Part shown: piece after piece, positions 58,952 to 64,000 of the stretch
Layout of the letters: each line of letters opens with the position of its first letter
Position numbering within the stretch: the stretch's first letter is position 1
IMG/VR virus record: IMGVR_UViG_3300028610_000244
Span: 1 to 64,000 of that record
Origin: a virus
Length of the DNA stretch: 64,000 nt
Reading direction: 5' to 3' (one strand)
Notes under the pieces: generated by a model
Told to the model about the DNA's origin: nothing
The model's database searches: none
Seen by the model: only the letters and a program-made list of their open reading frames with translations
Position numbers and translations under genes: made by a program

Positions 58952-59363
58952 AGTTGATTATTTCCTGTAAGTCTTTCGTCGTCAGTAGTGCCCACTCGCG
59001 GAGCTTCGCTTGGGTGGCTCCGTCCTTCGCCACTTTGCGTGCTGCGGTCTTGGCGTCGAACAGCAGGTGCTCTCTGGTCTCAGCTACGTACAGAAGCAGA
59101 TAGGCGATACCATGATCGGTTCCGCGTTCCCGACACGCCATGTGTCGCCGCATAAGCCAAACCCGCTGTTGCGGTGAGAAGTGTTTGATCTGGACAGTTG
59201 TATCCGCTCGCTTCGGCCACTCTTCCCGGAACTTCAACTCAAGCCAGCCGTCGATGTGCTGGACATCTGGTGTCCCTGGACAAGCTGGATTCTCGACACT
59301 GGTTGCATCGAATCCCAGCTTGTTCATCGCCTTAACAAGAACTTGTCTTTGATTCTGTTCCAT
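58935..59363 (-). CDS. VRR-NUC / Holliday-junction-resolvase-like nuclease
   Basis: VEN...GTPDV...WLELK...SPQQRVW. Confidence 0.75.
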   Translation of the reverse strand: MEQNQRQVLVKAMNKLGFDATSVENPACPGTPDVQHIDGWLELKFREEWPKRADTTVQIKHFSPQQRVWLMRRHMACRERGTDHGIAYLLLYVAETREHLLFDAKTAARKVAKDGATQAKLREWALLTTKDLQEIINYVTTS

Positions 59364-59366
59364 GAA

Positions 59367-59819
59367 CTACTCTAGCTCCGCTGGACGACGTTCTCCATTA
59401 TCTGCCACCGGCTCGTACATCACCAGTGTCACCAGCTCATGTTGTAGGAAGCCGTCATAGACTCGCCGCATTGTCGCATGGAGGCCGTGATAGGTCTGAC
59501 ACTTCGGGTCATGCTCCAGCTTGAGCAGCGTGCCGTAGTTCATCAGGTCCGCGAAGGACATGACCTTGACGTCGTAGATCGTGGCGAGCTGATCTTCATA
59601 CAGCGGCGGCATTGAGGCCCCACCTGGAGGCGTCCCATCATTGGTGTAATCGTGCGTGTCAGCCGCAGTGTCTCGAAGATTGACAGTGTCGCCAACCTTG
59701 AGATCGCTCCACTTGAGGCCCTTACGAACAGTCAGGTTGATAGCCCTGGGCTTCTCTTCGCCGGGTATCTCAACCTTCTCGGTATTATGCACGTTGACTT
59801 TGAATAGTAGTGTTCTCAT
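59367..59819 (-). CDS. ASCH/PUA-like domain protein
   Basis: TVRKG...LKVGDTV...V..F.DL...MRRVY...VTLV. Confidence 0.55.
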   Translation of the reverse strand: MRTLLFKVNVHNTEKVEIPGEEKPRAINLTVRKGLKWSDLKVGDTVNLRDTAADTHDYTNDGTPPGGASMPPLYEDQLATIYDVKVMSFADLMNYGTLLKLEHDPKCQTYHGLHATMRRVYDGFLQHELVTLVMYEPVADNGERRPAELE

Positions 59820-61768
59820 TACATCGAGTCTCCCCAACTCCTGCCGATCTCTATGTCCACTTTGGACGGTACGACCAGCGGTACACAGTCTGTCATTATT
59901 TGAGCCATGTCCTTGGCTGTCTTATCCTCATATACAGTTGTACACAATTCGTCATGTATTTGCAACTGAATTCTGATATCCGCCTCATCTATAAGCACCA
60001 TCGCCAGCTTCGTCTGATCGGCGGCACTGCCTTGGATCAGGTTGTTCAGGGCCTTACGCTCCATTCCGGCACCGGGCGGGTAATGAATATGCCGGCCTAA
60101 AATTGTTATAATATATTTTCGATTCCAAGCCACCTTCTCGGCCATGTCCTTGATCTCGCCAAGGAAAGGCACCTTCGCGTTAAACTCCGCCAAGAACGCT
60201 CGGCCTTCTGGACCCGCCACTTCTCGCTCAGCTCCACGGATGTTAACCCACTCTGTAGCGAACCCGCAGGACTTGCACATCTTGGCCTGTCCCATACCGT
60301 AGGTTAGGCCCAGGAATACGGCCTTGGCTCGCTTCCTGAGCTTGTCGAACTTCTCTGGATCATTAGCCTTAATGATGCCGAACGCCATTTCGGTTGTCAT
60401 GTCGTGCCAATCAAAGCCCTTAAAGAAGCCGTCTACAGCGGCCTGTGTGCCTGCACAGTCTGCGATATGTGCGTAGTGGACGAACAGCCGGGGCTCTTGC
60501 TGCGAGTAGTCACAGGAGGCCCAGCGGCCTCCCTCGTCCGGCAGGTAGATCGACCGCCACATCTTACCGAGGACCGGGTGCCTGCTAGGCTGCTGCTGTA
60601 GGTTTGGGGCACTGCTGGATAAACGCCCAGGGCCGGCACCTTTGACGTCGTCGGAGTTGTCCTGCTGCGTGCGGAGCTGGTTAAACGTCGTGTGAATCCT
60701 ACCCTTGACCTCGTGTTTGCGGACTGACTTCACGAATGTGTTCCGGACCTTGTTATAGGATCGGGCTTCAAGGATCGCGTTCACCAGCGGCATGTCTTGG
60801 TTCGGTTCCAGGAATTCTTTCTTGACACTCGCTTGACCTTCCGGAAACTTTCCGGACGGCTCTGTGCGGCCGTAAGGAATTTGCTGGACATCCAGGGCCG
60901 CTTGTACGAGCTTAGTCTTGTTGATCTGGTCTACCTTAATCCTGATACCTGACTCAGCGTAGATGATGTCCAGAAACTCTTGCTCCTTAACAATCGTCAA
61001 GGCTTCGACCTTGTCAAGCTGATCGAAATCAATCCTGATTCCGCGTCGTCGCATCTTCAAGAGCACCGGCAATACTCTACACTCCAGATTGTAGATGCCC
61101 CAGATGTCCTGGTCATCAATGATCCGCTCTTGCTTCCTGAGAATCTTTAACGGTAATATTGCATCCTCGGTGGCGTAAGGTCCGACAAACTTCGCCGGCA
61201 ACCGCCACATGTTTTTCTTCATGTCTTTGTCGGACCAACCATAGGCGGCGGCAGCGTCGGCAAGTAGTGTTTCATCTTTGCCGAGGAAGCCATATTTCTT
61301 CGCCTGCGTCTCAAGGCCATAGGATAGTTGGTTCTCATCAATCAACGGCTCGGCAATCTGAATGTCCTTGAACGTGGCGTGACGGAATATGATGCCTCGC
61401 TCTGCAAGGTAGTCCAAGTCATACTGTAGGTTGGCACCGCAGATTGCTCCGGTAAAGACCGCCGCCTGATCCTTCATGTACTGCTCAACATGCTTCGGGT
61501 CAAGGTTGCCGCCGCCCTCGTGACGTGTTGGCAGATAGAACGCCGGCCCATCTTCGATAGCAAAACTGATCCCACACGTATACCCATCCCGCCGAACTCC
61601 TGGGCCTAACGTCGTTAGTGTGGGATCACACCCTTCTGTATCCAGACCGATCCGCGAGATGCCCTGCCAGGACGGAAGATCGTTCAAATTGGGTGCTGTC
61701 CAATCGCTCTCCGGGGAGAACATCGGTTGCTGACCAACATAGTCTATGTATTTTCCTCTACGAGCCAT
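59819..61768 (-). CDS. polA: family A DNA polymerase with 3'-5' exonuclease
   Basis: DTE, NLQYD, YATED exonuclease motifs; GRLSS, DYSQQEPR, K...LGLTYGMG, NNLIQGSAAD, IHDE. Confidence 0.95.
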   Translation of the reverse strand: MARRGKYIDYVGQQPMFSPESDWTAPNLNDLPSWQGISRIGLDTEGCDPTLTTLGPGVRRDGYTCGISFAIEDGPAFYLPTRHEGGGNLDPKHVEQYMKDQAAVFTGAICGANLQYDLDYLAERGIIFRHATFKDIQIAEPLIDENQLSYGLETQAKKYGFLGKDETLLADAAAAYGWSDKDMKKNMWRLPAKFVGPYATEDAILPLKILRKQERIIDDQDIWGIYNLECRVLPVLLKMRRRGIRIDFDQLDKVEALTIVKEQEFLDIIYAESGIRIKVDQINKTKLVQAALDVQQIPYGRTEPSGKFPEGQASVKKEFLEPNQDMPLVNAILEARSYNKVRNTFVKSVRKHEVKGRIHTTFNQLRTQQDNSDDVKGAGPGRLSSSAPNLQQQPSRHPVLGKMWRSIYLPDEGGRWASCDYSQQEPRLFVHYAHIADCAGTQAAVDGFFKGFDWHDMTTEMAFGIIKANDPEKFDKLRKRAKAVFLGLTYGMGQAKMCKSCGFATEWVNIRGAEREVAGPEGRAFLAEFNAKVPFLGEIKDMAEKVAWNRKYIITILGRHIHYPPGAGMERKALNNLIQGSAADQTKLAMVLIDEADIRIQLQIHDELCTTVYEDKTAKDMAQIMTDCVPLVVPSKVDIEIGRSWGDSM

Positions 61769-62210
61769 ACTTGTCAAGGTTCCTTTGTTTGACACCCGTG
61801 ACGTAGCCAAACCTATCTGCACGCTTGGCAATCCGTCCGACTATGGTGGCCCAGCCTTTATCTGCTCCGTGGAACTCAACGCCCAGAGCGTGCATTATGT
61901 CAAGCACACCAGCGAACGCGGACATCAGCGGATCAAATGTGAAGCACTCCGGCATCTGCGTCGGCATCCGCTTGCCGAGGATTAGTTCATTCTCATCGTC
62001 CAGGTTACAGCTTATTACACCATAATCCGTTTCCTGGTAGAAGCAGCACTGGCGGCAAGTGAACAGCACTTGCTTATTCTGCCAGCGGATCGCATCCCGG
62101 ATCATCTTTCGGAGCGTGTGTTTCAGCTCCGGCCCGGACATCGGCTCGAAGTCCTGATCCTCGTCATCAACCTCTCTAATTGAAACCTCAACTTTCTTCT
62201 TCCGTGTCAT
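61758..62210 (-). CDS. hypothetical Cys-containing protein
   Basis: ATGA-coupled ORF. Confidence 0.6.
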   Translation of the reverse strand: MTRKKKVEVSIREVDDEDQDFEPMSGPELKHTLRKMIRDAIRWQNKQVLFTCRQCCFYQETDYGVISCNLDDENELILGKRMPTQMPECFTFDPLMSAFAGVLDIMHALGVEFHGADKGWATIVGRIAKRADRFGYVTGVKQRNLDKYGS

Positions 62211-62599
62211 CTGATCTCCATGACGCTAATTACTCTTACCTTGAATTCTTCTGACTTGAACCCCACAGACCCCAATGTCCCAATCTTCTTGGTAGGATCG
62301 ACACCCGCCGTCCGCTCGATCTGGAGAATGTCACCTACGTCGGGCACGAGACTAACATCCTCGGTACTCCAACTGATCTCACGTAGAGATGCTTCCCACA
62401 ACTTCCGCTGTGAGTCACCAAGGTAGATCGCTTGGAGACCGAATGGTATCTCCTGGCATGTCACTCGGTAGTGTGTGTTGGCCTCTTTCGGTTCCGGTTT
62501 GGGAGTCGCCGCATGGCGAATCAGTCCGGTGCCTAGACCTATTCCCGCACCTGTTGCCACGACAGCCGATCTGAATAGAAAGTTTCTTCTCGTTATCAT
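62207..62599 (-). CDS. protein with a twin-arginine (Tat) signal
   Basis: MITRRNFL followed by a hydrophobic stretch. Confidence 0.6.
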   Translation of the reverse strand: MITRRNFLFRSAVVATGAGIGLGTGLIRHAATPKPEPKEANTHYRVTCQEIPFGLQAIYLGDSQRKLWEASLREISWSTEDVSLVPDVGDILQIERTAGVDPTKKIGTLGSVGFKSEEFKVRVISVMEIR

Positions 62600-63762
62600 C
62601 GTGTCACCACCTTTACTTCTTTGGCCGCTCGTGTCACCGCTGTGTACAGCCACTTGTTTCCGTCTGTGCCGAAGGCTGCTGATTCATCGAAGATCAGCAC
62701 CTTGTCCCACTCCGAACCCTGGCTCTTATGTACGGTCAACGCATAACCGTAATCAAACTCCTGGGCTTCCTTCCTGATCCAGAAAGGTATCTGCGTTGGC
62801 TCATCTGACATGAAGTGGTGCCGGTGAGCCTCGACGGCTGTATAGTTTGCCTTGCAGTCTGGGTCAAAGATTATTAGGTCCAGGAACTCATCACCGTCAA
62901 AACAAGATTCTGTTTCCCAGATCGCTCCGTTGAGAAGCCCGACTTCGTGATCGTTTCGCAGACACACCAGCCGGTCGCCCTCTTCGGGTGTCGGTGACTT
63001 TCTGCCCAGTAAGGTTCTGATCTTTCGGTTCGTGGCTTTGCGAGTAGCGTTGCGGCCCACGAGTATTTGGTCGAAGCCCATGACGTCGTCAGGTGTCACT
63101 GAACCCCACTCCACAACCATGTCACCGTCCGGCCTGATCCACTCACCCTGCCTGATTCGGGTAGCGAGCTGGATGATCGGATTGCCTTGAGCCTGTCGGT
63201 GAATCTCATCGAGCATAAAGTCGGGCTCTGCTTGGATGAACCATCCGGCTCCGAACACTGGTGGCAACTGAGCAGGATCGCCCAGCACGAGTATCTTGGT
63301 GCCGAAGCTCATCAAGTCCATTGCCATCTGCTCGTTAACCATAGAACATTCATCGACAATGATTAGGTCCGCCGTCTTGACAGGTGAATCTTCGTTCAGG
63401 ACAAAGTTCGGTGAGTTGAGCTTCTTGGTCTCGAACGCGATCTTTTGCTCCAGGTCTGCGATCACCACCGGGTCGTCGGTGTTGGCTAACGAAACCTCCA
63501 GGTCTTTCAGCTTCTTTTGGCTGCGGTCTTTGGGGCAGTAGATGAGCTGATGAATCGTAAAGGCTTCGCAACCTTTCTGTCTCAAGACGTAGGCTGCTTT
63601 ACCAGTGAACGCACAGAACAACGTGGCTCCCGAGGCGGCATACTTGGCAATGGTTGTCTTGCCCGAGCCTGCAAAGCCGAAGAGGCGGAACACCTGTTGG
63701 TCCGAGTGCATCCATCGGCCGATGGCGTCTATTGCCTGCTGTTGTTGTCCCGATAACTTCAT
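62596..63762 (-). CDS. Dda/RecD-like SF1B helicase
   Basis: GFAGSGKT, AFTGKAA, TIH, VDECSMV, GDPAQLPPV, YALTVHKSQGSEW, LYTAVTRA. Confidence 0.93.
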   Translation of the reverse strand: MKLSGQQQQAIDAIGRWMHSDQQVFRLFGFAGSGKTTIAKYAASGATLFCAFTGKAAYVLRQKGCEAFTIHQLIYCPKDRSQKKLKDLEVSLANTDDPVVIADLEQKIAFETKKLNSPNFVLNEDSPVKTADLIIVDECSMVNEQMAMDLMSFGTKILVLGDPAQLPPVFGAGWFIQAEPDFMLDEIHRQAQGNPIIQLATRIRQGEWIRPDGDMVVEWGSVTPDDVMGFDQILVGRNATRKATNRKIRTLLGRKSPTPEEGDRLVCLRNDHEVGLLNGAIWETESCFDGDEFLDLIIFDPDCKANYTAVEAHRHHFMSDEPTQIPFWIRKEAQEFDYGYALTVHKSQGSEWDKVLIFDESAAFGTDGNKWLYTAVTRAAKEVKVVTR

Positions 63763-64000
63763 GCCGGCCTCTCTACAACAAGTAAATCATAAGGATCGAC
63801 TAGACCACAGTTACAGCAGATAAAGTGCAGCTCATCATCACTTATGATATTCCTGCCTATTTCTCCGCAGTTTGGACACTGAGTTGTTAGTTCACGATCT
63901 TCCATTTCTTCACCATGAAAACACAAGGTCTATGATGTACCCATCACCTAGTCCCGCTGCAATGAGAGCGGCGTCAATGACTTTTCGTTTCTCCTCACCA

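Noticed and set aside
1-64000. Plus-strand ORFs in the six-frame track
   Set aside because: They are antisense shadows of tightly packed minus-strand genes, with no recognisable motifs; all promoters found point the other way.
1-64000. Stop-codon reassignment
   Set aside because: Long conserved genes are intact in the standard code, and TAA, TAG and TGA all end genes at tight junctions.

Overview
The window is a 64-kb segment of a large, probably lytic dsDNA bacteriophage. Essentially all real genes lie on the minus strand, tightly packed. In the direction of transcription (high to low coordinates) it holds: (i) a replication module at 56-64 kb (Dda/RecD-like helicase, family A DNA polymerase, resolvase-like nuclease, primase-helicase); (ii) a protease, a tRNA/ncRNA operon, DNA ligase, dUTPase and RtcB at 47-55 kb; (iii) a fibre/adhesin module at 37.7-46.4 kb; (iv) a long accessory region of small genes driven by repeated sigma70-like promoters at 15.5-37.6 kb; (v) a compositionally distinct 3.7-kb island at 10.7-14.5 kb (radical SAM plus glycosylase-fold gene) bracketed by dense TTATCGGAC arrays and phased CAACCCACC repeats; and (vi) nucleotide-metabolism genes and dnaX at 0-10 kb. 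The most striking observations are these. First, a 527-aa protein (34183-35766) strings together, in scrambled order, short signature motifs of terminase, SF1/SF2 helicases and DNA polymerase A, making it a candidate multi-epitope decoy against phage-protein-sensing immunity. Second, the island avoids GAAG/GAGG so strictly that none of about 44 Glu residues is followed by a GNN codon, suggesting first-injected or terminal-repeat DNA. Other notable items are a histone-fold protein, a SAM-lyase-like protein and unexplained structured RNAs. All family calls are by-eye motif recognition, and all counts are manual.
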